Source: Chrysomallon squamiferum (taxonomy: Eukaryota > Animalia > Mollusca). Taken from it: 64,000 bases of DNA. The notes beneath the pieces are model-generated. The model saw only the letters and a program-made list of their open reading frames with translations, was not told where the DNA came from and did no database searches. Positions 41,901-60,155 of this stretch are shown here, piece by piece. The stretch is taken from positions 11,842,001-11,906,000 of the forward strand of contig CM022678.1 in assembly GCA_012295275.1 (NCBI GenBank), read 5' to 3'. Made by a program: the position numbers and the translations under genes. Each line of letters starts with the position of its first letter. Position 1 is the first letter of the stretch.

Positions 41901-43216
41901 AAATAATTGCTGAATCGGAATATATCGGTTTTGAACCAGGTTTACTACCAGGATCAAAGCAAAGCACCAAGACGCCAGCTGCTGTCAAGTCCATGATTTC
42001 TGTGCCGCCGGCAGACAATAAAAGCGAGAAGGCAGAAAAAGAAGCAGCTGTCAGTGGTGTTAAAAGTGAGGCGAGTTCTGTGAAACCCAAACAAGCGGGA
42101 GACATTTATTTCAGTTTTGAGTTCGGGAAAGGAGGATTTCCACCGGCTGATTCCTCAGATGTTAAAGGTCAAGGTTGTGAGAAAACTGTGTCTACTGTGA
42201 AAGGTCAAGGCTGTGAGAAATCTGTGTCTGCTGCTCCCGCCAGCAAAGACGCTGGTGCTGAGCAGTTGGCTGGTGCTCGGATTTCTCAGTGTTCCACTGT
42301 GCCAATTTCTGGATTCGTCTTCAACTCGAGCAGCAACTCGGGAAAGAAAACAAAGGATAAAGCTGCTAGTGAAGAAACTGAGAGTCGCGGCGAAAAATCC
42401 CGTTCTAAACATAACTCTGGTGGTTCATTCAAAGGCGTGTCTATGTCTCAGAAAGAGAAGACGTCGCCTGCCTCTTCTAAAGGAGTAGTTGTTGACGTGA
42501 CGACGTCGTCAGACTCTGTCAGAGTGAAACACCCGTCTGGCGGGTCGCTGAAAGGAGTGTCTGTAAGAGATGAAAGTGGGTCAACAGACAGCAGACACAA
42601 ACACGTCAGCGGGGGGTCTGTGACGTCAGAAACACCTCGGCCTGTGACGTCAGAAACGCCCCGGGTGAAGCACAGTTCGGGGGGATCAGTCCGAGGTGTC
42701 GCTGTGACGAAAGTGTCCTCAGAAATCTCCGACTCCTCCGTCGCCTCTCCCCCTCCTGCTCCTGCGCCTCCTCCACACGGCGCTGCGGAGACGCTGGACC
42801 CCAGCACGGCCGGGATGACGCGGCCCGGCAGTACGCCGTGCATGCTGACGTTGGATGAATCGGAAGGGAAACCGACGACGGGGACAACGCTCAACGTCGA
42901 GTCAAATGCTCGCAGTCGTCACAGCATTGCTGACCTCAGCGCGTACGAACAAATGTCGTTCTCCAGCAACACGTTGTCGACGACGCAGCCGCTGGACAGC
43001 AGCGAGAAGGTGCTCAACTACGCCTCGCTCGACCTCGGCTCGTCTGAAGCCGTCGGCGACAACGACCAAAGCATGAGGTCGCCGCGCGTCAAGAGTCGCC
43101 ACCCGTCGTGCAACGACGACAGAGCCGAGCCGCCGCTGTCGTACGCCAGCATCGACTTTGAAAAGTCAGAAAGCTTGAAGAACGCCGGCAACAAGGACGT
43201 AAAGTTCACGTTGTGA
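17212..43216 (+). CDS. IRS: Insulin receptor substrate (IRS1/IRS2/chico-like). Exons 17212-17301, [~22994-23386 scrambled PH exon], 26798-26937, 27618-27760, 28236-28394, 31343-31438, 32050-32172, [~33040-? partly scrambled], 36847-36984, 37741-37944, 40047-43216
   Basis: Exon 1 SDIKKMGILRKLK|TMKKK matches the IRS PH start. PTB domain EHVWQVTIQPKGLGVSKNIRGNFRLCLS...MEVG..APTGRGELWMNVEDSVIAKNMHEAIL. Ten YxxM motifs (YMAM, YIDM, YMNM, YMDM, YLPM, YVDM, YMDM, YMNM, YMVM, YEQM), RxRxxS sites (RFRSDS, RPRTAS, RPRASS, RPRSSS), C-terminal LNYASLDL and LSYASIDF. GT-AG junctions are phase-consistent for the intact exons. Confidence 0.93.
19039..19182. repeat. Minisatellite, 17-bp unit catcac[a/g]agagaagtc[g/a], ~8 copies (a 15-bp ccttgctgtacccca array lies just upstream at ~18905-18972)
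   Basis: Direct tandem repetition inside a dispersed duplicate segment. Confidence 0.93.
20651..21918. repeat. Minisatellite, 40-bp unit cctatgaaatgtgcttctacacacttgtcacacacttgta, ~32 copies
   Basis: Direct tandem repetition in IRS intron 1. Confidence 0.97.
22737..23010 (+). repeat. Tandem duplication (~75 bp) of the IRS exon 2 acceptor plus first codons
   Basis: ttttcacag|ACAATGAAGAAGAAATT at 22773, 22848, 22923 and ttttgcag|ACGATGAAGAAGAAG at 22994. Confidence 0.88.
23350..23782 (+). repeat. 52-bp unit x5 containing the IRS exon end and donor (…GAGCATTACG|gtgagt), followed by 29-bp x3 and 28-bp x2 arrays
   Basis: Unit translates EFTQEQDKYEHY+G; phase 1 matches the next exon (AA CAT GTC TGG = EHVW). 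Confidence 0.88.
25147..25912. repeat. Minisatellite, 35-bp unit aaatagcagtcatagtacatgtgtagattctcttt, ~21 copies
   Basis: Direct tandem repetition. Confidence 0.96.
26300..26776. repeat. Degenerate ~38-bp array (26300-26600) and ~25-bp array (26615-26776) abutting the acceptor at 26797
   Basis: tcttgaaagtctagaaat... and gaattaagaaataagagaactgtct repeats. Confidence 0.85.
26975..27165. repeat. Minisatellite, 21-bp unit cgtgacgttaacttacttac[a/t], ~9 copies
   Basis: Direct tandem repetition ~40 nt after the donor at 26937. Confidence 0.95.
28391..29032 (+). repeat. Minisatellite, 19-21-bp unit acaggtaaagtttagaaat[ac/t], seeded on the IRS exon donor CACAG|gtaaac
   Basis: Begins at the donor (28394); more than 20 copies of cag|gtaaa; degenerate towards the end. 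Confidence 0.92.
30067..31366 (+). repeat. Minisatellite, 59-bp unit (~22 copies) = IRS intron end + acceptor + first 24 nt of exon 31343-31438
   Basis: gttcagttgtgactctttctgttttcag|TCCGATTAGACAGAAATACTCAGT-ggtacga; only the last copy continues into coding sequence. Confidence 0.97.
31420..31620 (+). repeat. ~45-bp unit x5 containing the exon end and donor (CAGGGACCAGTCCTTGCAC|gtaag)
   Basis: Copies near 31420, 31466, 31511, 31557, 31597. Confidence 0.88.
32580..33500 (+). repeat. Minisatellite, ~50-bp unit containing an acceptor (tttgttttactttcag|TGACAGCAGTGATGCAATGAAAAG)
   Basis: About 9 clean copies to 33040, then copies intermixed with exon remnants and the next array. Confidence 0.9.
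33580..36210. repeat. Minisatellite, 68-bp unit gtcattcttggtgtaaaagagacaaaatattgtgtgttctttgtgagacttgtatgttgttgttttgt, ~39 copies
   Basis: Longest array in the window (~2.6 kb); source of many spurious ORFs. Confidence 0.97.
37955..38733. repeat. Minisatellite, 46-48-bp unit gaatagctgttacttgtagcatagt[a/t]ttaaaataacacagaaaact[gt], ~16 copies
   Basis: Starts ~10 nt after the donor at 37944. Confidence 0.95.
40047..43216 (+). CDS. IRS: IRS terminal coding exon (~1056 codons, disordered Ser-rich tail); ORF-track part 39698-40046 is intron
   Basis: Acceptor tttgtgtgtag at 40046, phase 1 matching the donor at 37944; abrupt switch from AT-rich low complexity to GC-rich coding sequence. Confidence 0.93.
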
Positions 43217-43470
43217 TCTGAGTCGTGTGACGTAGTCGTCTTTCCACGTTGTCAGTCATGTTTGTGATGACGTCACGGACGAAAAAGGTGCAGTTTTTGT
43301 ATGGCCTGTATTAATGCATTTGTTTCTTTGTACGTTTGATCAGATTTGATCTTAGACTCTCCCTCACACGGGGTACAGATAATGACTGGTGAAACATTTC
43401 TTTCATTTCTTTTTTTTTAACTTTTAATGTTACGTTTATTTGTAATACATTTTTAAGAATATCTTGTTAT

Positions 43471-43585
<115 letters not shown>

Positions 43586-44010
43586 TATCGCCTGTTATTC
43601 ATTGATAATGAACCCCACCAAAGCAAACGGGTCAAAAGATGAAAAGATCACAAAGTTAAAACGAGTTTCTGATTTGCTTTAATATATACAATAATAATAA
43701 TTTAAGAAATTATTAAATAATTGTAAGAATTATTTTAACATGCTGTACTTGTAAAAGTTCATTCACTGTTTTCTATTTCTTCTCTTTCTAACACTTCTTT
43801 TCTGTTGCCAGAATTTTATTATTTATCTGTTATTTTTGTTATTTTATTTTATTTTATTTATTTTCATTTTATTATTATTTTTTTTTTTTTTTTCAGTATA
43901 GAAATATAAAAATTAAATATATGAGTATTAACGTTTGCTGTTTCTATAAGATTCACAAAGTGATTTGCAAAATAATTATATCCTGAAATATAAAACATAA
44001 AACAAACATA

Positions 44011-44048
<38 letters not shown>

Positions 44049-45331
44049 GTGTGGTATTTATTAATGTTAGCTATACAAGCATTTTAATTTGATTTTAACA
44101 TGCCGGTGATTTTAGTCTGCTAAATTTAAGTGTCCTGGAAATTGATTTAGACGATAATTTTTTGTTTGTTTTTAATTAAGTTGCTGTGTGTGTGTGTATT
44201 TGCATTACTTGCAAATACACGTAAATAAATAAACATACTGGCAGGCCATCTTACAAGTATATGATTTGAAAATGTTGATTTTCACCATAAACTGTAAGTG
44301 TACTGGAAACTACATCATTTGTTTTTACTAATTGTGTCAAAATTTTATTTATGTATGAAACAACATTGCAATTTTATTCTGAATATTTTCATTTTAATGA
44401 AACTTTATACTTGAAATTTTAAGTTTCAATTTTTTAATTATATTTTATTTAATTCGTTTCGTTTTTGTTATATAGTGTTACTTTAAAAAAAAAGTATTGA
44501 ACTTTTTAAGTTTAATTGTTTCTTGCCAGAATGTGTACCTGCGCTTTCCTAATAACAAAGTTTGGTAATAAATGATACATGACAGTGAAAATTCTGCTGT
44601 TAATGTAGGGCTAGGAATATTGTTAACTTTACTTGCGCCTGACAGAAGCATCTGAGTGCTTCGTAAGATTCGTACACCCGTAACATGAAATTTTACAGTT
44701 TAATACAGTTTTTAAACCTTTACTTTTACAAGATATTACGTGAAGGTAAATTTATTTGTGAAAAAAAAAAAAATAATAATAATAATAATAATAATAATAA
44801 TTAAAAAAAAAGAAAAAAAAAAAAACGAAAAGAAATTTTGTCTCAGGTTTTTATAACTTAATATTTATTTTCATTTAAAAGAAAAAAATTGTGCTGTTTC
44901 ATCTTCTTCTTCTTACTATTATTATTATTATTATTATTATTATTCATGTCATGGTTTTCATTGAGTGACTGTAATGATCATTTTGCTTTAATCCTTTCTT
45001 AAATCCAAAGAATGTTACAATGCAAAAAATGTGTTGTTGCGACTGGACGCCATGTTGTTTGTTTACGTTGTGTATTACAGTATAAATATACCTCATCTGT
45101 CACCGATTTATTCAATTGTAAAAATCGTTTTGATTGGTTCGTTAATAACAAAGATGTAAGCTTTATCATGATTGGTTCCTTCAGTCAGAAGAAGTAAATG
45201 TCATGTTCGTTGCGATTGGTTAATTGAATCTAAAATAAATGTTATCTTCATTGTGATTGATGGTTTAATGTAAAATAATGTCAGTTTTTTCTCCATTCGT
45301 TCGTTCATAAAACAAATAAATAAATTAATTA

Positions 45332-45377
<46 letters not shown>

Positions 45378-45779
45378 TCAAATTAAATTAACTTAAAAAG
45401 AAAACAGATAACTATTTTTTCATTGGTTCTTCGAAATCAGTCGTTGTTTACGTTTTAATCAGTGCTATGTACTGAACAATCATTTGTTACAATTTCATTT
45501 CGTTTTATCGGACTTATTTTTTTGTTGTTATTTTATATATATATATATATATTTTTTTTTTATTAATTTTTTTTTTTATTATTTTTTTTTAACTATTTTT
45601 ATTTTTATTTATTTTTATTAATATTATTTTTAATTTATTTTTTTCATGCAAATGTTTACTGTTTCAGATTTATTTGAATCAAATAGTAAAATTTGAAATA
45701 AATGCTGCTAAGAGTTTTAAATAAATTTTATCAGAAAACAAGATTAAACATTCACAGAACAGATTGACGATATGTTAAA

Positions 45780-45844
<65 letters not shown>

Positions 45845-46535
45845 TACACACAAAAAGGCGCGCGCGCCCTCTCACAGATATTTCTCTTGCTCTCGGTTTC
45901 TCGTCTAAATAATTACTTTGTGTACAGAGCATTCGATGACTTCAGATTTCTGTCACTCAAAAAATCTGACAGAAGTTATTCTATACATTAATATTTAATG
46001 CATGAACAACGCTCAACATTTAAGGTTCATAAATCGAAAAAAGTAGTAGCGTCTTTTAAAACAAATTGTAATTAAAAGCAGTCTTCTGACAGAGTTATGG
46101 TTCTTTAATTGACAGTATAGTTAAATTTTATGAATTACCGTTCTTACTTCGGCGACGTCATTCTTCAATGACTTAAATGTAAACGGATGTAAATCTGGTA
46201 AAGTATATACTTAGATATCAGTAAACTTAAATAAAGTAAATTGTACAAGCATCTAGTTATTGCACAATACCGACGTGCTGATTATTTTGGTTACTGATTA
46301 ATTTAGTATATGAAGTACCGTTCATTATTACATCGAAAAAGAACGAATAAAATATAAATAAATTAATGAATGATAAAAATTATCCAAGGTAATTATCGAT
46401 AACAAACGAAAAGAAACTGCTCTGTTGTTATAGCAACGTGAACTGGTAAAGCTGATGAGGTTTTGACGTCATAATATCTATTTTTTCTGACAGCTGTCGG
46501 GAAGTAAAAGTGTAAACTACGGATGTAAACTGACA

Positions 46536-46617
<82 letters not shown>

Positions 46618-46704
46618 AGAAACGTATATAACAAAATAACGTTATCGTTCAAACTGTTCTTTGATACAAAAAAAATATTATCTTTCTAAATTTATTTATT
46701 TATT

Positions 46705-46766
<62 letters not shown>

Positions 46767-47139
46767 GCAGACATCATCGTGCATGTTGTAAACATCTGGT
46801 CCTCCACGTTGACGTTATTTGTTGATGAAGCTATCGAGACGTTGACGTTGTATTGTTAATGTATGAATGAACATCATCATGTGAATAAATGTGTTGTGAT
46901 TTCCTCACAAATAAATTTGTGTCCGTTTTTATTTTGTACTGCCTTTGTAAAGTTGATGTTTGGATCCGTTATCGCTATATTTCCTACAGATAACAAAAGT
47001 GTTCCTAGTTTTGTTGTAGAGTGTCCATGTTCTCTCATTATCTCCCACACACACACAAGCGCGCGCGCGCGCATACACAAAAGAACACACATGGCTCACA
47101 AGATCTCTCTCACACACACCCAAACACATTCACACAAGT

Positions 47140-47359
47140 TCTCTCTCTCTCTCTCTCTCTCTCCTCTCTCCTCTCTCTGTCTCTTTCTCTCTCTGTCTCT
47201 CTTTCTCTCTGTCTCTCACTCTCTCTCTTTCTCTCTCTGTCTCTTTCTGTCTCTGTCTCTCTCACTCTTTCTCTCTCTCTCTGTCTCTCTTTCTCTCTGT
47301 CTCTCTCTCTCTTTCTCTCTGTCTCTTTCTGTCTCTGTCTTTCTCACTCTTTCTCTCTC

Positions 47360-47445
<86 letters not shown>
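47140..47445. repeat. Complex (CT)n microsatellite
   Basis: Long CT-rich tract; similar tracts at 10054-10149, 43475-43583, 46539-46614, 57100-57240, 57672-58075. Confidence 0.95.
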
Positions 47446-47450
<5 letters not shown>

Positions 47451-48080
47451 GTCTCAATGAATTCAACAAACGGCGTTTCTCCGCACTGCGAATTCACACT
47501 TCTTGAACAGACGGCAGATGGAGCTGAACGCAAACAGACATAATACCATTGATGGCCAATTGCCGAGGTGTAAATATTTCATTTGTTTCACACCAGCGCA
47601 CTGCGAGCACCAAACAACGGCCATATGTTTAACTGAAACAACCGCCAAATGGTCCTAATTTAGTTGTTTGTGAAGCAAATCCCACAGGCGTAATATTCCC
47701 TGCTTGTACAGAGGACTGTTACGTCACAGAACTTGTTAAATGCTGATGGTAAATTAAAAACTCTGGCTTCATCGTTCCTAACAGTAGGCTTCAGACAAGA
47801 AGGTATATTTGAATAAAAATATCAGGAGACTTCATAATTATGTCATTATTTTTGGAATTTAAATTTTTTTTTTTTTGAATAACAGCTCTGTGTGTGTATA
47901 TGTGCGTATGCGTTTGTGTATCTGTGTGTGTATATGTGCGTATGCGTTTGTGTGTGTATATATGTACTGAAAATGTACTTATAAACAAAGATCAAAGGGA
48001 AAAAAACAATTTTAGTAAGATTTTAAAAGATCGAAAATTTCCAGTTTATTAATGTCTTTACTTTTTCTTTTAATTCTTTT

Positions 48081-48149
<69 letters not shown>

Positions 48150-48550
48150 TATATATTTTTTTTTTCGGGGAACAACAAGTAAGTATATAACGATCTAAAC
48201 ATTCACTGAACATATTTTAGTAAATTTTAATTAGATTTGAATCACGCACATACATACACATACACACGTTTTCATAAAAAGATACGTACATACCCACATT
48301 CATAAAAACCTATATATATATTGGCTATATATTTGTGTATACGTATGTATGTTTTAATTTATGTGGGTACGTATATGTGTGTGTATATATGTGTGTGTGT
48401 GTATATATATATATAATCACTCTTAACAAGCAGACTTATAAACAAATTATTTGTATTTATGTTAATAAATATACCGCAAAAATAATTTTAAAAAAATATT
48501 TCCAAACATTCTGACCAGTTATATCCACAAAGGCTAAATAAATGTTAAAT

Positions 48551-50094
48551 GTGTTTAAATGTGACTTTTACTTTCTGTCTGTTGTTAAATACAGTTAGAC
48601 GTGTTTAAATGTTTCTGTTTGTTGTTAAATACAGTTAGACGTGTTTAAATGTGACTTTTACTTTCTGTCTGTTGTTAAATACAGTTAGACGTGTTTAAAT
48701 GTTTCTGTCTGTTGTTAAATACAGTTAGACGTGTTTAAATGTTTCTGTTTGTTGTTAAATACAGTTAGACGTGTTTAAATGTGACTTTTACTTTCTGTCT
48801 GTTGTTAAATACAGTTAGACGTGTTTAAATGTTTATGTCTGTTGTTAAATACAGTTAGACGTGTTTAAATGTTCCTGTCTGTTGTTAAATACAGTTAGAC
48901 GTGTTTAAATGTGACTTTTACTTTCTGTCTGTTGTTAAATACAGTTAGACGTGTTTAAATGTTTCTGTCTGTTGTTAAATACAGTTAGACGTGTTTAAAT
49001 GTTTCTGTTTGTTGTTAAATACAGTTAGACGTGTTTAAATGTGACTTTTACTTTCTGTCTGTTGTTAAATACAGTTAGACGTGTTTAAATGTTTATGTCT
49101 GTTGTTAAATACAGTTAGACGTGTTTAAATGTTCCTGTCTGTTGTTAAATACAGTTAGACGTGTTTAAATGTTTCTGTCTGTTGTTAAATACAGTTAAAA
49201 GTGTTTGAATGTTTCTGTCTGTTGTTAAATACAGTTAAAAGTGTTTGTTTCTGTCTGTTGTTAAATACAGTTAAAAGTGTTTGTTTATGTCTGTTGTTAA
49301 ATACAGTTAAAAGTGTTTGAATGTTTCTGTCTGTTGTTAAATACAGTTAAAAGTGTTTGAATGTTTCGGTCTGTTGTTAAATACAGTTAGACGTGTTTAA
49401 ATGTTTCTGTCTGTTGTTAAATACAGTCAAACATGTTTAAATGTTTATGTCTGTTGTTAAATACAGTTAAAAGTGTTTGAATGTTTCTGTCTGTTGTTAA
49501 ATACAGTTAAAAGTGTTTGAATGTTTCTGTCTGTTGTTAAATACAGTTAAAAGTGTTGATTCTGTCGTGTTTAAAAGTGTTTCTGTCTGTTGTTAAATAC
49601 AGTCAAACATGTTTAAATGTTTCTGTCTGTTGTTAAATACAGTCAAACGTGTTTAAATGTTTCTGTCTGTTGTTAAATACAGTCAAACATGTTTAAATGT
49701 TTCTGTCTGTTGTTAAATACAGTCAGACGTGTTTAAATGTTTCTGTCTGTTGTTAAATACAGTCAAACATGTTTAAATATTTCTGTTTGAATGTTTCTGT
49801 CTGTTCTTAAATACAGTCAAACATGTTTAAATGTTTCTGTCTGTTGTTAAATACAGTTAGACGTGTTTAAATGTTTCTGTCTGTTGTTAAATACAGTTAA
49901 AAGTTTTTGTTTCTGTCTGTTGTTAAATACAGTTAGACGTGTTTAAATGTTTCTGTCTGTTGTTAAATACAGTTAAACGTGTTTAAATGTTTCTGTCTGT
50001 TGTTAAATACAGTTAAAAGTGTTTGAATGTTTCTGTCTGTTGTTAAATACAGTTAAAAATGTTTGAATGTTTCTGTCTGTTGTTAAATACAGTT
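48551..50094. repeat. Minisatellite, 40-bp unit (with a 50-bp variant) gtgtttaaatgtttctgtctgttgttaaatacagttagac, ~37 copies
   Basis: Direct tandem repetition with higher-order structure in the 5' part. Confidence 0.97.
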
Positions 50095-50332
50095 GCTGCT
50101 TATGCATCAAGCTCTATCCCCTGGTTGGGGTTAATCCGCGGTACTTCCTTTGACTGATCAAGGATTATCTTGTGCACCTTGGATTATAATTAGGATTAAG
50201 AATTACAACAAACTGTTGGGTCTACCGAGAATTAAAATTTAGGGGAACAGCCAAATACATTCAATTTGTTTATTTTACTTTTTGTATATTGATTCTTATT
50301 ATTGTTGTTTATTTACTTATTTTATAATGATG

Positions 50333-50375
<43 letters not shown>

Positions 50376-50738
50376 CAACAACAGCAAAACAATAATAATA
50401 ATGGGAATAATTGTAATAAATAGTAATAGTAGTGATAGTAGTTGTAGTAGTAGTAATAACCACAACAATAATAAAATAACAATAATAATAATAACAACAA
50501 CAACAAAATAACAATAATAAAAGTTTTAGTAACAATGGTAATAAATAATACTAATGACGGTATAAATAATAATAATAATATAACAATAGCAATAACAGTA
50601 GTAGTAGTAGTAGTAGTAGTAGTAGAAAGAAGGTAATTTATTTACTAAATACACGTGTGTAAAAGAAAGCAAAGAAGGAAGTACATCCTTCATACAAACA
50701 TCCACACATATTATGTTATTTATGTATATGTATATGTA

Positions 50739-50838
<100 letters not shown>

Positions 50839-51511
50839 TATAGATAGATATATATACAAATATTAAATGTGTGTGTTTGTATATGTGTGTGTGTTTGTGT
50901 GTTTGTGTGTGTGTGTATGTGTGTGTGTTTGAACATGTCTGTCTGTCTATCTATCTTTATCTACATCTACATATTTGTAGAGGTACGGCGACTACATTAT
51001 ACATTATTCGAATGAGTGAATGGAAATTCTACTAACTAAGGAATCTGTAGGATTAGTAAGATGGGCAACTATTAGAAACTCACAGTAAATGCCATCAAGT
51101 GAATTATGTATACTGGTAATCTGTTAAGTTTATTGTATTAACGCGATAACTCGCTTAGCGAGCGTAACGCTTATGAACAGCGCAGTCTTAGAAACTGTCG
51201 GACTCGTTCGATCGTTGAGTGCAAGTAACTCGGAGGTGACCGCTAAAATGCGGATTATGGTCCGTGTTGGCGGTGTGCCCCGGTTATTATTGTTATGCCA
51301 GGATTTTAATTAGTGCGAAAATAAAATGGCTGAATTTTCTAGGTTAATTCCATCTCGTGAAATGATTTTTATTAAGAAAGTTAAAGAAAGGTACATTTTC
51401 AGTGCGTGGTTTATTTTTTTAAATTTATTTATTATTATTATTTTTTAAATTATTTTGTTTTAATATTCTGTTTATTTATTTATTTATGTATGTATGTATG
51501 TATGTATGTAT

Positions 51512-51554
<43 letters not shown>

Positions 51555-51759
51555 TGTATGTATGTATTGTTGATAATAACAATGCTAACGTTTGTTTATC
51601 TGTCTGTTTGTATCTCTGTCATTCTTTCTGTCTCTCTGTCTCCCTGCTTCTCTCTGTCTCTCTCAAGTCTCCGACTCTTTCCGTGTCTCTCTCTCTTTCT
51701 CAGACACACTATATATATGTATGTATGTCTGTCTGTATATAAATATGTGTGTATATATA

Positions 51760-51799
<40 letters not shown>

Positions 51800-52264
51800 T
51801 GTCTGTATATAAATATGTGTGTGCATATATGTATGTATGTATATGTGTATGTGTGTATATGTGTGTGTGTGAGATACGTGTATGTGAGTCACTGATAAAA
51901 GAAGAAACACGTGGAAACGCACTCACAAACTCACAGATACGCACAGAGAAGAAAGCGGTTACAAGAGAGGTGTAATACCTATCCTTTGAAAGGTCAAGAT
52001 CATTCGTTAATCAGAGATAATCCACACTCAGTATCCCCGTTAATCTGCGAGAGGATTACACAGTTCTCGGGTACAGGTTTTTTTTTTTTTTTTTTTTTTT
52101 TCTTCATTTATTCTAAGATATTATACATAATATTTTAATATTTTTATTTCATTTCATTTCATTTTATTTTACTTTATTTTATTTTATTTTATTTTTATTA
52201 TTATTATTTTTGTGGGGAAGGTTTGTCCGAGTGAATGTGATTCTGTTTTAGTATATAAATATAA

Positions 52265-52329
<65 letters not shown>

Positions 52330-52849
52330 TAGATATATCATTCTGTTTGTCTATCGGTCTGGCTATCTGTCTGTTTGCATGTACACATACGCGCGATGTA
52401 CGTGTGTATGTACGTATGTATGTATGTATGTATATATATATATATATATATATAAGTATATTCAAATGTATATGTATATAGTTGTTTTGTGTGTATGTAT
52501 GTATGTTGGGGCGTGTATGTTTGCATTTATTAAAATTTTTAAAACAAAAAGAAAGATATAAATGTAATGTAGGTTTTATCTAATAATAATAATAATAATA
52601 ATAATAAATTTTATTATATTATATTATAATAATCATAAATAAATAAGTAAGTAAGTAATAAATAAGTAAATAATTAAATAAATGAAAAGAGTTAGCGATA
52701 AATAAATAATTTAAAATGTTAAAGTTAACAAACAAACAGTGGAGAAAAAGAGATGAAAAACACACTTCTGTTTTCACTGAGGTGTTAATTGCAATTCCAG
52801 CTCATTATGCAGATATCAGTTGTCAGTTACTCCCCACCCATCTCAACTG

Positions 52850-53015
52850 AACTGACCAATCAGAACGCGAAACACACGGTGCTTCAGCCAATCGTAACAG
52901 AGGATAAGCGAACTCGCTGTGGGTGAGGCTCTTTTGGGGCAACCAGAAATGAGCAACTTTGTTTTGATTGGTTAAATGATTGCATCTCACTGATTTGACA
53001 TAAACACCTGCAGAT
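52850..53015 (+). promoter_or_regulatory. Putative proximal promoter of the SNAG zinc-finger gene
   Basis: CCAAT boxes at 52856, 52888 and reverse ATTGG at 52967; E-box CACCTG at 53005; 110-270 bp upstream of the ATG in non-repetitive sequence. Confidence 0.5.
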
Positions 53016-53124
53016 TTGGGGTAAATACAAACTGATCAAAGGATTTGCAGGTAGCAGATTACTTAGTAAAGCTTACAGGTAAACACAGGTAGAAATACCC
53101 AGGTAGAAACATTCAGGAAGAAAT

Positions 53125-59240
<6,116 letters not shown>

Positions 59241-59474
59241 AGAGAGAGAGAGAGAGATTGTTTTATTGTATATTTTGTACATTAATATGTATGTAACAGC
59301 TAAACGTTTTGAACATAAAACTGTTTGTAATCCTCACATTGTTTTGTGATGTCAATAATTTATAAACCTTGAATTAAAACTCAGAAAGTCAAATTCTGTT
59401 GTTTCTATTTATAGAATATAAAAATAGATCGTAGAGTCTGCTGCTTTGCGATGTATGAAACACAAGTACACATA

Positions 59475-59700
59475 TACACACATTGACATACACACCTACA
59501 TACACACCTACATACACACACATTGACATACACACCTACGAACACATACACACATTGACATAGACACACACATTGACATAGACACCTACGTACACATATA
59601 CACATTGACATAGACACCTACGTACACATATACACACATTGACATAGACACCTACGTACACATATACACACACTGACATACACACTTACGTACACATACA
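59475..59700. repeat. ~32-bp CA-rich array acacattgacatagacacctacgtacacatat
   Basis: About 7 degenerate copies between the two convergent genes. Confidence 0.8.
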
Positions 59701-60155
59701 AGAACTCAAATACACACAAACACATAAGTAGAGGCACATCATTACACATAAACTAACACACACAGATACACATTACATGCATACTCATACATACACACAC
59801 ACAAACACATGCACACAACTTAGATGTTAAATTTTTTTAGAATTTTGTCTCTAACGGGATCAAAAAAGAAAAAGAAAAACAATCTTTAAAATAAAACGAA
59901 ATAAAATGAAACAAATAATTAACTGATGAAAAAGTAAACAAATAAAACAGAAATAACAATAATAATAATCATGATGATAAGGAAAAGGATGATGAAAATA
60001 ATAATAATAATAATAATAAAATAAAAAATAAAATAAAAAACGATAAAAAAGACACTGAGTAATATTAAACAGGAAAGTAAAATGATGCGGTTGAGCTGTT
60101 TAGTTTAATTACTACGAGTTTCTGATCTGAGATAATTAACCACAACGCTATTTAT

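Noticed and set aside
39971-43209. Antisense and alternative-frame ORFs over the IRS terminal exon
   Set aside because: Expected shadow ORFs of a long GC-rich coding exon; no independent motifs.
45125-45430. Cluster of GATTGG (reverse CCAAT) motifs as a promoter
   Set aside because: No associated gene start; lies in the probable IRS 3' region and may be a degenerate repeat.
46863-47543. 226-aa ORF and many similar SL-, CV-, HT-, IY-repeat ORFs throughout the window
   Set aside because: Stop-free translations of CT, GT/CA and AT microsatellites.
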